From Eledone cirrhosa (lineage: Eukaryota): 64,000 nucleotides of DNA. Below, piece after piece: positions 12,283 to 26,120 of the stretch. The notes under the pieces are model-generated. The model searched no databases. It was not told the origin of the DNA and was given only the letters and a program-made list of their open reading frames with translations. Both the position numbers and the translations under genes were made by a program. The first letter of the stretch is position 1, and every line of letters starts with the position of its first letter. The DNA lies in NCBI GenBank assembly GCA_964016885.1, contig OZ024740.1:253084001-253148000 (forward strand). Direction: 5' to 3'.

Positions 12283-12435
12283 AAAGAAATTAAAGAAAAC
12301 AAGAAACGGTGCTTTGAAGTGAAGAATCGGCTGCATGATAAACGCATGATATCAGTGAAGGCGCGGAGGTATTATGATGATTTCTCTGTAAGAATGCGAT
12401 CCCGTATGATGAACCACAAAACTAAGGAGGAAATG
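12283..12435 (+). CDS. CEP95: CEP95 coding exon
   Basis: ttacag|AAA GAA ATT...GAA ATG|gtgagt; 153 nt, KEIKENKKRCFEVKNRLHDKRMISVKARRYYDDFSVRMRSRMMNHKTKEEM, matching the CEP95 motif ARKYYDDY..MMRMRTREEM. Confidence 0.9.
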
Positions 12436-12779
12436 GTGAGTATATCAGAAGGTAGTTGTGTTGTTTTTGAGGGTTTCTCAAACTACAAGTCCCTTTTCAT
12501 TTATTAATAGGGATCAGTCCTTTAGACACCAACCCACTCAAAACTGCCTCTGGTTCTGTAAAACAAAACTACCCATTTTAAAGAGTTCTTCTGCTTCCTC
12601 TTAATCCATGGCAAATGGCTAGAGCTAGAGGCCCTTCTTGCTACTAACCCATACTTTTCACTATGGCAAAGATTTATAGATTTAATGTATTTTGTAGGTG
12701 AAGGCGTGTATGCAGACACATATATACAATTGATAGACTCCCACAGAGTTTCCATCTACCAAATTCACTCACTAGGCAT

Positions 12780-13215
12780 ACACCAACACCTCAACCACCA
12801 TCACTGATATAACCACACCTCCATCACTATCACTACCATTACCATTAGTACCACTTCCACCATCATCACCTTAACCTTCTTACTACCACTACCATAGCCA
12901 CATAATTACCACACCACCACTATAACCCCACCACCACCACTACTGTAACCACACCTCAACCACTATCACCATCACCACTAGAACCCCACCTTCATCACAT
13001 CTATAACAACACCTCCATCACTACCACTACCATAACCCCACCTTCACTACCACCACCACCACTATAACCACACCTCCATAATTACCATAACCACACATCC
13101 ACCACTACTATAACCCTTCAACCATCACAATAACCCCACCTCTATCACTATAACCCCACCTCTATCACTATAACTCCAGCTCTACCATTGTAACCTCACC
13201 ACCACCACCACCAGC
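12780..13215. repeat. Degenerate (ACC/ACT)n low-complexity tract
   Basis: Repeated accaccactataacc-like units in a CEP95 intron. Confidence 0.8.
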
Positions 13216-13302
13216 CTTACTCTACTTGTTATTGCTCTCCCTTCACATGTCAATAGATGAAATGAAATCCTCCATGTTTTTTGTCTCTTGTCATTGTTGT
13301 AG

Positions 13303-13436
13303 ATTTTCAAAAACATGTTCAAAGACTGTCTCCAGGTCCAGAAAGAGAGGGTGTTGGAACTACAGAAATATGTCGGAGAACTAAGGAAGCAGAGATTTCA
13401 AACATTGCAAAATGATATACAATCGATGGAGAACTA
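13303..13436 (+). CDS. CEP95: CEP95 coding exon (ends at a U12 AT donor)
   Basis: ttgttgtag|ATT TTC AAA...GAG AAC TA|atatcctttc; IFKNMFKDCLQVQKERVLELQKYVGELRKQRFQTLQNDIQSMEN(Y), matching CEP95 IFKKLFEEGL.IQKQRL....ELDSMENY. Confidence 0.9.
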
Positions 13437-13764
13437 ATATCCTTTCATGTTTATATTATCTACCACTGATTCTTGTTGTTGTTAACGTACTGATATATAT
13501 ATATATATAAAGTCTGCAGTGCCGAGACCTGGAAGACCACAAATCAGCAGGGTACTCTATGCATGGGAGGAAGCAGAGTGGATATAGAGGGAGGAAAAAA
13601 TCCAACTGCAACGTCTGGTGGTTTCAGCTTGTATTTGGCAAGCCTTTTGGTATGGAACAATAATGTTCCTAAATCCATTTTGAGACTGTCACAGCCCCAT
13701 CAGTAGTGTATTATTCACATGCATTGCAGTGGCTGCAAAGTATCATGGTAGTACTTGTAAACAT

Positions 13765-13796
<32 letters not shown>

Positions 13797-13867
13797 AATA
13801 TATATATATATATCATCATCATCATCGTTTAACGTCCATGTTCCACGCTTGCATGGGTATAAATATT

Positions 13868-13900
<33 letters not shown>

Positions 13901-13916
13901 ATTTATATATATACAC

Positions 13917-13992
<76 letters not shown>

Positions 13993-14386
13993 GTGAGGTT
14001 TTTTTTACAAAATGAAAAATAACCGAGGTGTCCTACACGAGTGAAATGACTACGCCATTTTTTATTCAGTCTGTCTATATAGACAGACTGAATAAAAAAT
14101 GGCGTAGACATATAACACAACAGGAGGAAAAAAATATAACACCACTGACGATGTTGCAGATGTGCAACGAAAGATTTATGTAAATTATGTAAACTATATA
14201 TATGTGTTTGTGTCTATATTGTATCTGTATTATTTTTGACCGTCGGTCAGTCAATGGCAACATTGAGGACCGAGTAAGTTAGATCGCAGATATAAAAGAC
14301 AGCGAGAAGCGAAAACCAACCAAACAGTGAGTGTGTTCTGTTATTAATTCTGGCAATATTACGCAAATATGACCCTCCCCAAGTAT

Positions 14387-15147
<761 letters not shown>

Positions 15148-16195
15148 GGGTGGGAAAAATTGCCGAGATCCATGGACGAATTCTCTCCAGCAGTCTATGT
15201 CCCTCATCATCGCTGCCATGTCCTGTGTCTGTTCTTAGGGCATCAACATATGTCAATCTCGGTCTCCCTCTTCTAGTGTGTCCGTGTAGGGCCTCCCACA
15301 TGAGCACTGAGTACAGTGTCAACTCTGAATGTCGGTGAGCATGTCCAGCTAACCTCAGTCTCCTCTGTGTTACTTTAGAGCTGATTTTTGGGAGGCTCCC
15401 ATACAGCACTGAGTTTTTCATCCTCAGTGTATACTGATTAATGTTCAGAGCCATCCTCAGCATTCTCGTGTAGCACCCATCCACCATCTGAGTGAGTTTC
15501 TTGGTTAGTGTCCAAGTCTCAGACCTGTACAGTAGCACAGACTCCACTGTAGCAATGAAGAGACGGATCTTCAGGTCTTTATGAAGGTCCGACTTCCACA
15601 CCGATCTCAAACTGTGGCACGCCTCCCAGGCTTTGCTCTTCCTCTCAACCACTCCTGTGTTCCCAATCTTTGCTCCCCGATACAGGAAGTCCTCAACTAA
15701 CTTTAGTGGCTTCCCGCCTACATTCATAATATTCTCTACCAGATACTTCGTCTTAATCTCATTCATCCTCAGCCCCACACTCATCAACACAGTCTCCACC
15801 TCCTGCATCAACTCCTCTGCCTCCTTCACTGTGTTTGTTACCAGTGCTACAGTAAAGCCAGAGTCCTGGTGTTTCTCCAGCGCAAGGTGCATACAATAGT
15901 CCACTGCGATGATATAAAGGTAGGGAGCCAATGTATCTCCCAGGAGCACTGTAGCCAGTATCTCAAAGAACTCTGCCATCCCATTAGGTGTAATGATTTG
16001 GTGTTGGTGTAGAGCAGTGATATCAGATCCACTATCTTCTTGGGGATTCCATAAGCCTGTAAGATCTTCATCAGGCAATGATGGTCCACAGAATCAAAGG
16101 CCTTCCTAAAATCAATGAAAACCATGACCGTAGGAAGGCACTTTGCTCTAGCTCCCTCTAATATCCTTTTCAGCATCAGGATGTGACTGGTGGTT
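15148..16195 (-). mobile_element. Decayed LINE RT 3' fragment (second, RTE-related family)
   Basis: FIDFRKAFDSVDH, GDTLAPYLYII, VESVLLY.SETW, RRLRLAGH, RGRPRLT. Confidence 0.85.
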
Positions 16196-16239
16196 GATCA
16201 TAATAATAACAATGTAAACAAAACATTTTGAAATTGGGG

Positions 16240-17600
16240 AAGCTGTACAAGCCATGTATAGCTCTCTTCTTAGCCCTCTCCTGTTTATTATAATATTGCA
16301 GGCTATAACAGAGGAGTTTAAGACCGGATGCCCATGAGAACTCCTGTATGTGGATGATCTTACACTTATAGCTGAATCTATGGAGGAACTAAAGAATAAA
16401 TTCCAAACATGGAAGCAGGGAGTAGAAAGAAAGGGTTTCAAAGGCAACCTGACAAAGACCAAGGTCCTCATAAGTAGACGAGAAAACAGAACCCAGATCC
16501 CCTCAGGGAAATGGCCTTGCTCAGGAAAGGTGTAGGTAGGAACTCCATCCTATGCCCCAAATGCAAACTATGGGTACACAAGAGATGTAGTGGAAGCTTA
16601 GTTAAGAATGTAGGCTTTACATGTAGCAGCTGCATCTGGACAGCAAGCAGCAAACGGCCACAGGAAACAAACACCACCAAATTCTAGGAGGGCTCTGTAG
16701 AAACAGTAGACAGCTTCTACGACCTAGGTGACTGAATTAACAGCAGAGGTGGGTGTTCTGAAAGTACAGTAACCAGGGTAAGAACGGGATGGAAGAAGTT
16801 CAGGGAGCTACTGCCACTGCTAGCTGCAAAAGTATTTTCCCTCAAAATGAAAGGCAGACTGTATGATGCGTGTATACGAACAGCAATGTTACATGGTAGT
16901 GAAACCTGGGCGCTGTGTGTAGAAGACTTTCTTACATTAGAAAGAAACGAAGCTTGCATGCTCCGATGGATGTGTAATAGTAATATACTCGAGCGGCAAA
17001 GCATAAATGAATTGAGAGAGAGACTGAGCATAAGAGAAATCAAATGCTGTGTGCAGGAGAGGAGGATGCATTGGTTCATATGCATGTGATGCATATGAAG
17101 AATGACAGCTGCATAAAAAGGTTCAGAGCACTAAAAGTCAATGGAAGCCATAGAGTGGGGAGACCCAAGAAGACCTGGGATGAGGTGATAAAAGCTGACC
17201 TTATCTAATTGCACCTCTGAAAGGCGATGACACAGGACCGTGACCTCTGGCGTCACGCAGTAATATAAAAGACCCGACTTCGCACGGGAACAAGCCGACG
17301 CTGAAGCATATAGATAATATGCCCGCATCCCCTCCCACTGCAAATTGGCTGAGAGAGGTTCCATGGCAAAAAAGCACCCACCTCACAATGTAAAGTGGTC
17401 GTGTAGGCGCCACGGAATAAAAGCACCCAGCACTCACTGTAAATGAGGTTGGTGTTATGAAGGGCACCCAGCTGTAGAAATCAAGCCAAATCAGTTCCCA
17501 TATGAGTAAGACAAGGTCATCCGACCTGGCTCTGCCTGCAACAGGACACCCCGTCTAACCCATACTAGCGTGGAAGAATGGACGTAAAACGGTGATGATG
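16240..17600 (+). mobile_element. RTE-type LINE 3' fragment with 3' UTR ending in (GAT)n
   Basis: LLYVDD, KWPCS, MLHGSETW, RRMHWF, followed by the shared tail ...cccgtctaacccatactagcgtggaagaatggacgtaaaacggtgatgatg. Confidence 0.85.
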
Positions 17601-18275
17601 ATATATATATATATATAGGCAACAGGCTTCTATACATTTTTCCTCTAGCAAATTCACTTATAAAGCATTGTTCAGCCTGAGGTTGCAGTAGATGACAGTA
17701 GCCCAAAGTGTCACACGGTAGGATGGAACCTGAAACCATGTGATTGCAAAGTGAATTTCTTAACCACATAGCCATTACTCTGAATGAAATATGACTTAAT
17801 CCTAACCTTGCAAACCATTAACCTACATAATACAGCCCATAACATGAGCTAATGATGGAGTCTCAATGTATTTTCTTGACCTGCTAGAGAAAGCAGCCAA
17901 ATCTTATTCAAACTATACCTTACTGTCTTAAAATAAATAAAAGAGATTAGATATTGTAGTCCTACAAATATTATGTTTGTAGGAGTTGAAATCAATTGAG
18001 TAGAATTAACTATTTTGATACCAACCCAGATATAACCAGCTCTGGATCTATGAAATAAAACCAACCATTTTAAAGGAATCCTGTTAAAATTAAAATCTTC
18101 CAACAATATTTTATAAGAACCATATTTTAATAATTAGTCATTACAGTAAATCCCTTAAAATCTTCATTAATTAATTGAAATAGAGTATACTTCCTTAGAA
18201 CTATGGTCATGAAACAATTAAAGTTTTGATAATGATAGCAAGAGTGGATAGATTAGTTTTCTTAATGACGCTCAC

Positions 18276-18360
18276 CTACTGTGATCAGTTTGGAATGATT
18301 GCAGAAGCTATGAAAAAACAGTTAGCAGAGAAACAAATGATACACAATGAACATTACAAG
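18276..18360 (+). CDS. CEP95: CEP95 coding exon (after the AT-AC intron)
   Basis: ctcac|C TAC TGT GAT CAG TTT GGA ATG ATT GCA GAA GCT...TAC AAG|gtaagt; YCDQFGMIAEAMKKQLAEKQMIHNEHYK. Confidence 0.9.
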
Positions 18361-19959
18361 GTAAGTCTCTTTGATGCTTAATGAATTTGGATTAACCCTT
18401 TTGATAGCAAACCACCTTAAACTCTCCCTGGTTCAATGATATAAAACTGTTTGTTTTAAATCTTTATATTTATCCAAAATTCTTACACTATAATTCTATT
18501 TAAGAATCTTTGTTAACCTTTTTTAATACCAAAGCACTTGAGACTGATCCTGGTTCCATGATGCAAAACTGTTTGTTTTAAAGTGTTTATATTTATCTAA
18601 AAATCTCCCATCATATGTAAGAACCTAACAGCAGGTTGATAATGAAAAAGTTAGTTATATTACAAAATCCCTCCAAATTCTTGATTATTTTCAAAAGTAT
18701 TTGAAAATTATAAAGTAGTGTTTTCATTGAAAATATGGTGATGAAAGGGTTATATTTATTTTTTTTTAAACTTTCATAATTTTACATAAGAATCTTTGTA
18801 AAGTTATGTGAAAAACACCAGTTTAATAATGAGAAAGTGACCTTATATACTCGAATGTAAGCTGAGGAATATGTGACCAAAAAATTGATGGTAAAATTGG
18901 GTGGTGGTGGCGGTGGTGGCTGCTGCTGCTGCTCAGGGTCAATATTTTGACAATTTTCACCAACTTCAAATTCTACGTTAATAAAGTGCTAGAATATCTA
19001 GAGTGATTATTTCACATGAAACACTGTTTTTCTAGATTTCTTATATTGCTAGGGGCAATACAATTTATGTATTGCCTTCAGAGAATTCCCATAAAATTTT
19101 ATTATTTGAATGTTTTAGTATATAAATATTCCCTACACATAAACATGTGCGACGACTATTTTTCTCTGTGACATACGTAATTATACTTTTTCTTTCAATC
19201 TTGTTTTGTTTTATTTCGTTTGCTCTCTCTCCCTTCTCTCACTCACACCCTCTCTTTTTCTTGCTCTGCATCTCCTCCTGCTCTTGCTTGCTGTCTCTTC
19301 CGCTCCCTTTCTGCTCTGAATCCTTATAGAGGGTTCTCTTAGTTGATCTCTTTCAACTATTCTCTATTCTTTTTGATCCCCTGCCCTTAGTCGTTTTTAA
19401 TGATCTCCATAATGGTTAAAGAAAATCTTTTTTTTTTTAATAATACCATTATTAGCTGCCTCAATTTATAAATGGGGTTTGGATTTTTGTCCATTTCTCA
19501 CACATAAAATATAGGTTTGGCTTGTATTCAGGTATATACAGTATATTATAAAATCCCTGCAAATTCTTGATTAAATTTCAAAATTATTTGAAAATCATTG
19601 ACAGTGTCTTTTATAAGAAATATGGTAACAAAAGGGTTAATGACATATGTAGTGTCTTGCATTAGAAATAAGATAACAGAAAGGTTAAGTTCATCATTTA
19701 ATGCCTGTTATTTAGTGACAAGACAACCCTGATCCCAAACATTCCAGCTTATGACCATCCAGTCATTTTTGTTTATCAGGGATTAAATTGTCCAATGTTC
19801 CCATTTAAAAAGATTCTAGGGTGGACAAGTTGGCAGTGTTTTTTTTAATGACGTTAATATATATATATTAACCATACAAACCATTCTCACTTCAGATATA
19901 GAAAACATACACCCACCCCAACATCCGCAAATACCCACTCCTATCCTACACATCTACCA

Positions 19960-22830
19960 CTGATGACATACCCAAATTTTCGAATTGGCACCATCAACAT
20001 GAGCACAATGAAAGGGAGAACAGGGGATATTGGAGAGATGCTAGAACGGAAGAGAATGTATGTATGTGGTGTGCAAGAGACTAGATGGATTGTGGTGTGC
20101 AAGAGACTAGATTGGAAAAAAACAGTGCTACAACTTCTGGGTAAGAAATGACAACAGACTGGAGGGGGGGGGGGAGTATCTTATTAGCAGACAAATAGGT
20201 AGATAAGGCAATCTCTGTAAATGGAGTGAACATGAGAATCATTAAACTCAGAGTAGTCCTAAATAGAATGATGACCACAATTATATCTACATAGGCATCC
20301 CAATCAGGGTTGTCAGACGAACTCAAAGATAGGTTTTATGAATGACAGTGACTTACTAATCGTAGAGGACTTTAATGGGCACGTTGAGAAACACTGTGAC
20401 GGCTTCTACAGAGTCCATGGAGGCTATGGGTTTGGCACAAGAAATGAAGATTTCAGGCTCCTAGAATTCTGCAACACCAATGACCTATCGATATGTAACA
20501 CAAACTTCAAAATACCTGACAACCACCAGATCACCTGTAGATCTGGTGAACATGCTAGCCAAATAGGTTTTATCCTTACCAGAGGACGAGATAGAGTGTC
20601 AGTGGTAAACACGAAATCCTTCCCTGGTGAGGAATGCACCTTCCAACACAACCTAGTAGTTAGCGACTTCACGGTTAGAGCTAGGCAAACAGGGAGTCAG
20701 AGGCTAAACTGGGAGTGCAGGATATGGAAGCTGAAAGATCCCTCAGCCAATAACAGATTTAGAGATATTCTGCTTGACGCAAAGGAATACAGATAGAGAC
20801 ATTTAATATAGAAGAGCACTGGGATTTTCTAAGAGATAACCTACTGAAAGCGACAGACGAGATCTGTTGATGGAGCAAGACCACAGGGAGAAGGAGAATG
20901 ACTTGGTGGTAGAACAATAAGGTAGATGAGACAATTAAGGCCAAGAGACAGGCATGGAAACAATGGAAGAACGGGGGAAGCAGGATACACTACAGAGATG
21001 CAAGGAGGAAAGCTAGATGACAAGTATACTTAGCTAGAAGGGAAGCAGAGGATTACAAATTCAAGCATGTTTTGCAGCGTGAGGACCAGAAGCAGGAGGT
21101 GTTCAGGATTGAGAGGCAGTGTGTTAGAGAAAATTACAATGTTATTGGTGAGAAGTGTGTCCGTCATGATAAAGACGCACCTGCCCTCACAGGTGCTGAG
21201 AAGAAAGATGCATGGAAGTGCCATTATGAAAGATTACTGAATGAGGAGAATGCATGGGAGAAAGAGACCCTACCCCAAGAGGACCCCATAGAAGGCCCAG
21301 CCATACAAGTCAGCAGCAGTGTAGTAAGTAAGATAATTAAGGATATGAAGACTGGGAAAGCATCTGGGTCAGTAGGTCACACCATGAATTATTAACCAAG
21401 TAATACAAGAGGGCGTCATACCAAATGATTGACACAGCAGCATCATTGTCAACTGCTACAAAGGTAAAGGAGATGCACGAGATAGAGGAAACTATAGAGG
21501 TATAAAACTGATGGACCAGGTCATGAAAGTAACAGAAAGAGTCATAGCACAGTTGATTAGGGACTGGGTAAATCTAGACGTGATGCAGTTTGGGTTTGTA
21601 CCAGGAAAAAGCACCACAGATGCTCTCTTTCTGGTTAGACAGTTACAGGAAAAATACCTAGCTAAAAGTAATCCTCTCTCCCTGACATTTGTCAATCTGG
21701 AGAAAGCTTTTGACAGAAACCTGACCCCCTCAGGTAAATGGCCTTGCTCAGCATGTAGGAAATGTGGAGGTAGAAATCCCATTCTCTGCCCCAAATGCAA
21801 ACTATGGGTACACAAGAGATGTAGTGGGATCTCAGGATGTTTAGCTAAAAACATAGGCGTTACATGTAGAGGTTACACTGAGACTGTAGGCAGCAAACAA
21901 CCACAGGATACAAGCATTATCAAATTCTGCGAAGGCTCAATAGAAACGGTAGACTGCTTCTGCTACCTGGGTGACCAAATTAATAGCGGAAGTGAGTGTT
22001 CTGAAAGTATAGTAGCCAGAGTAAGAATGAGATGGAAGAAGTTCAGGGAGCTACTACTACTGATAGCTACAAAAGGCTTTTCCTTCAAAATTAAAGGCAG
22101 ATTGTATGATGCATGCATATGAACATCAATGTTGCATGGTAGTGAGTCCTGGGCGCTGTGCGCAGAAGACTTGCATTCTCCGATGGGTGTGTGAACAAGC
22201 AAAGCATAAACGCACTGAGAGAGAAATTAGGCATAAGAGGAATCAGATATAGCGTGCAGGAAAGGCGATTGTGTTGATACGGATATGTAATATGTGTAAA
22301 AAAGTGCATAGCACTCAAAATTGATCGAAGCCATGGAGTGGGGAGACCTAGGAAGACTTGGGATGAGGTGATAAAAGCTGACCTTGCCCAATTGCACCTC
22401 TCAAAAACAAGGACACAGGATCGGGATCTCTGGCATTATGCAGTAACATTGAGGTAAAAAATGTTTGTGGCTAGCAGCAGTAGTAGCTCCTTGAACTTCT
22501 TCCATCCTATTCTCACTCTGGCTATTGTACTTTCAGAACATCCACCTCCACTGCTAATTTGGTCACCCAGGTAGCAGAAACTGTCTACTGTGTCTACTGA
22601 ACTTTCCAGGAATTTGATAGTGCTTGTTGCCTGTGGTTGTTTGCTGCTTACTGCCCCGGTGCAGTGGCTATATGTAAAACCTACATTTTTTGCTAGTCTT
22701 CCTAAGATCCCACACTGAACAAGACCATTTTTCTAAGGGGATCTGGGCTCTGTTTTCTCTTCTACTTACTATGACCTTAGTCTTTGTCAGGTTGACTTTA
22801 AGACTCCTTGTTTCTAGGCCCTTCTTCCAT
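19960..22830 (+). mobile_element. Decayed, internally deleted RTE-type LINE; inverted fragment at 22455-22830
   Basis: RIGTIN..VQETRW (APE N-terminus), DFNGHV..GGYGFGTRNE, RT and PHD-like CxxC..VHKRC. Confidence 0.85.
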
Positions 22831-23035
22831 ATATATATAAAAGGTAAACAGAAATAACAACACAGTATATGGAAAGAATATATTAGGTTAACGCTTGAAA
22901 TATCAAGAAGAGGGTCTTAATGTTTCATCAGAAGAAAGAATGAGAAATAAGAAAAATTGAAGGAACAGGCAGGGAAAAAATGTTTTTAGAGAAAAATATT
23001 TATATAATAAATTTATTCTTTTTGAATAATTGCAG

Positions 23036-23221
23036 TTAAAGTCTGACATGAAAAGGGAGTTACGAAAGAAGATGGAAAAAGACATCCATAGAATCCAAGA
23101 TCAACTGTGTAATGACAAGGATCATATTCACTTCCGTCAGCTGGATACTGATTGGTTAAAGAAGGAGTTACAAATGGCTAATTATGTCTTTAAATCTCGA
23201 CCTCATCAGTGTGTGGTATAA
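23036..23221 (+). CDS. CEP95: CEP95 terminal coding exon
   Basis: ttgcag|TTA AAG TCT...GTG GTA TAA; LKSDMKRELRKKMEKDIHRIQDQLCNDKDHIHFRQLDTDWLKKELQMANYVFKSRPHQCVV*, matching the CEP95 C-terminus KRELRSKMEKEIQQLQD....DDDVFFRELEA. Confidence 0.9.
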   Translation, partial: LKSDMKRELRKKMEKDIHRIQDQLCNDKDHIHFRQLDTDWLKKELQMANYVFKSRPHQCVV

Positions 23222-23284
23222 TTTGGTAATGAAGAAACAGGGACATAGTTATTTTCTCACTGGTCTCACCTCATGTTCAATAAC

Positions 23285-23290
23285 AATAAA
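23285..23290 (+). promoter_or_regulatory. Candidate polyadenylation signal of CEP95
   Basis: AATAAA about 65 nt after the stop codon; weak in AT-rich DNA. Confidence 0.3.
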
Positions 23291-24914
23291 AGTTATACTA
23301 CAGAAAAGAACTAACTTCACATCTGACGGAGGGATTTTTGCTAACAAGATTTCATTTCATTCCAAAATACAGAATACTCCAAGAGAGATCCAATGATTTT
23401 TCTATTTTCTATTGATTCAGTATATAATTAAAAATCCATTTTCTTCTTTTCTGCTGCTATTTTGAAAATATTAAGTGTCATGGTCACATGATACTCATAG
23501 TTGTGAAAGTATGTGGCCTAGTGGTAAGGGTGTTAGAGTCATAATCATAAGGCTGTTGGGTTCATTCTGGATGAGGCTATGCATTGTATTCTTGAACAAA
23601 TCACTTCATTTCATATTCTTTTTTATGATACAACTGAGGCCACTGTCATCTAAACACCCAGAAAATCTCTTATGAGATGCAACCTTGCATTAGCCCAGCT
23701 AAACCTACATAGGTGTGAGCTGTAACAACAGCATACATATATGTGTGCGTATGTTAGGACTGAGGCCACTGTCATTAAATACTCAAGAAACCTCATCTGT
23801 GATGCAACCTTGCATGAGTGTGAGCTGTAAATTTCATTTTTTCATTTCATACTAATGGTTACATGATCAAGTTTCTGTGATGTATCTCTGTTTGCTTCAC
23901 TCTGTCATGGTTAAGAAAAAGGGCTGATTTCTTTAGTAACTTCCTACACCTGACATCAGGAACTTTCCTAAAACAATATGGGAAGTAACAAAACAAATAA
24001 ATAACTCCATTAATTTTATAATAGAAATATCCTGACCTGTCACTTAAAGCTCAACTAAATAGCTAACACAACAGAGTTAAACATACCTCACACTAGATAT
24101 TGACCAATACCAGCAACCAGAAAACTAATAATAGATTGATTAACATGAATTTACCATAATATATATATATATATATATATGTGTATGTGTATATAATTAG
24201 AATTTACCAAAATCACCTCTGTATTGAAATATCTTGAATGGTCTCATCAACTCTCAGTGATAAATGAAAATAATTTGTCACCTCAGAGTGACATCTATTA
24301 ATCCAATTTTGAAAGGGCTGTGTACAGCATGCATAGAAAAAATGTATAAAATTCTGACAGAAGAGAGTGGCAGCCCATATGATCTAGGTGGGCATGGAAA
24401 CTAGGTGCTTAACAACAATGATGATTAAGTGGCCATACTGGTGCCACAAAAGTATCATCCTCCCTGTAACGTGGTTATGCTGATACCACAACAAAGAAGC
24501 AACCTCTCCACCCTGTAACGTGGTCATACTAGTGTCACACAAAAGCTCCCAGTACACGCTGTAATGTGATTTTCATTAAAGAGGGCATCTGATCATAGAA
24601 AACCAAACCAAAAATGGATTATGATCCATTTTTGGTTTGGTTTTCTATGATCAGATGCTCTCTTTAATGAAAATCACATTACAGCGTGTACTGGGAGCAA
24701 GATGTCACCTAACCTGACAGCTTGTCTAACTCATGCAAGCATGGAAAATAAACATTATGCATTGATGTTAATGAAATACTGGGGGAAAACATATACATTG
24801 AAAAATTTTAAAGCAAGCATAAGGTAGTTATAGGTTTTGAATTAGTTATGAAAAGAATAATGTATGAAGTGGAAACATATTCCATTATTCCTTGTATACA
24901 GAAAAATATGGGGG

Positions 24915-24963
24915 ATTATTTTGATGTATTTCAGACATTGTTGTGTCCTCATCAGAGAATAAC
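24915..24963 (-). ncRNA. Minimal type I hammerhead ribozyme motif
   Basis: gttattct CTGATGA g-gaca-caacaa-tgtc-t GAAA taca TC aaaataat. Confidence 0.65.
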
Positions 24964-25194
24964 TACCACTATGGTTTTATGTACAGGGGAATATTGCTGT
25001 AACAACACTATATATGTGCCATACAGAATATAGAAAATACCTGAAATGGTCTTGCATTTCAGTTATTTTTCTGTTTATGAAGAAATAGTTAAAAGAGTTT
25101 ACACATCATTCTTCAGCATATATATATGTATGTGTTTTTAAACCATGTCAGCATAGAAGTTCACAGCTTTTAAATGTAAACAAACACACCACTT

Positions 25195-26120
25195 CATCAT
25201 CATTTTACATCCGCTTTTCCCTGCTTGCAAGGGTGGGACGGGTCTTATTCAGCACAGCATCTCTCCACTTGTCACGGTTCTTCGTCATCTCCACCATGAG
25301 CTTCAGCGATCTGAGGTCTGTTCTCACCACCTCCGCCCATGTTTTTCGTGGTCTACCTCTACCACGTCTTCCTTCAACTGGCATTTCCTGGCACTTCTTC
25401 ACCCATCGGTCATCCTCCATGCGCATCACATGTCCATTCCACCTCAGTCTCCTCTCTCGCACACTACATTCTATCCCTCTCAGACACATTTCCCTCTCAA
25501 CACATTCATGCTGGGTCGTTCACGCACATTGACATTGCACATCCAACAGAGCATGCTTGCCTCGTTTCTCTCCAGCCATCGCATATCCTCTGCAGTTGCT
25601 GCCCATGTCTCACTACCATGCAGCATCGCATCGCGCTCCTCACACAGGCATCATATAACCGGCCTTTCGTACGCAGGGAGAAACCCTTCTTCGTCAGCAG
25701 AGGAAGCAGCTCCCTAAACTTCTTCCAACCCGTCCTTATTATAGATACTATGGCCTCGGAACCCCTCCCATGCTAATCTGATCTCCTAGGTACCAGAATC
25801 TATCCACCACTTCTATAGCACCCGCCTGCATTTGAAAAATGTGTCTATCAATGCGACTGTACATCTACTGCATACATATTTCTCCCTGCCTGTTAGTTTG
25901 CCTGCTATCCCACTACATCTCTTGTGTACCCAGGATCTGCATTGTGTGCATTATATAGAATTTATGCCAGTTCCTTTTCTGCATATCGAACATGGCCATT
26001 TCCCTGACGGAATCAGAGTTTTGTCCTCTTTTCTACTCATCAACACTTTTGTCTTAGCTAGGTTCACTCTCAGTCCTCTTGCTTCCAACTGCTGTTTCCA
26101 TAGCCAGAATTTATTCTCCA
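25195..26120 (-). mobile_element. RTE-type LINE 3' fragment
   Basis: RERRLRWNGHVMRMEDDRWVKKC..RGRGRPRKTW; (GAT)n tail. Confidence 0.85.
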
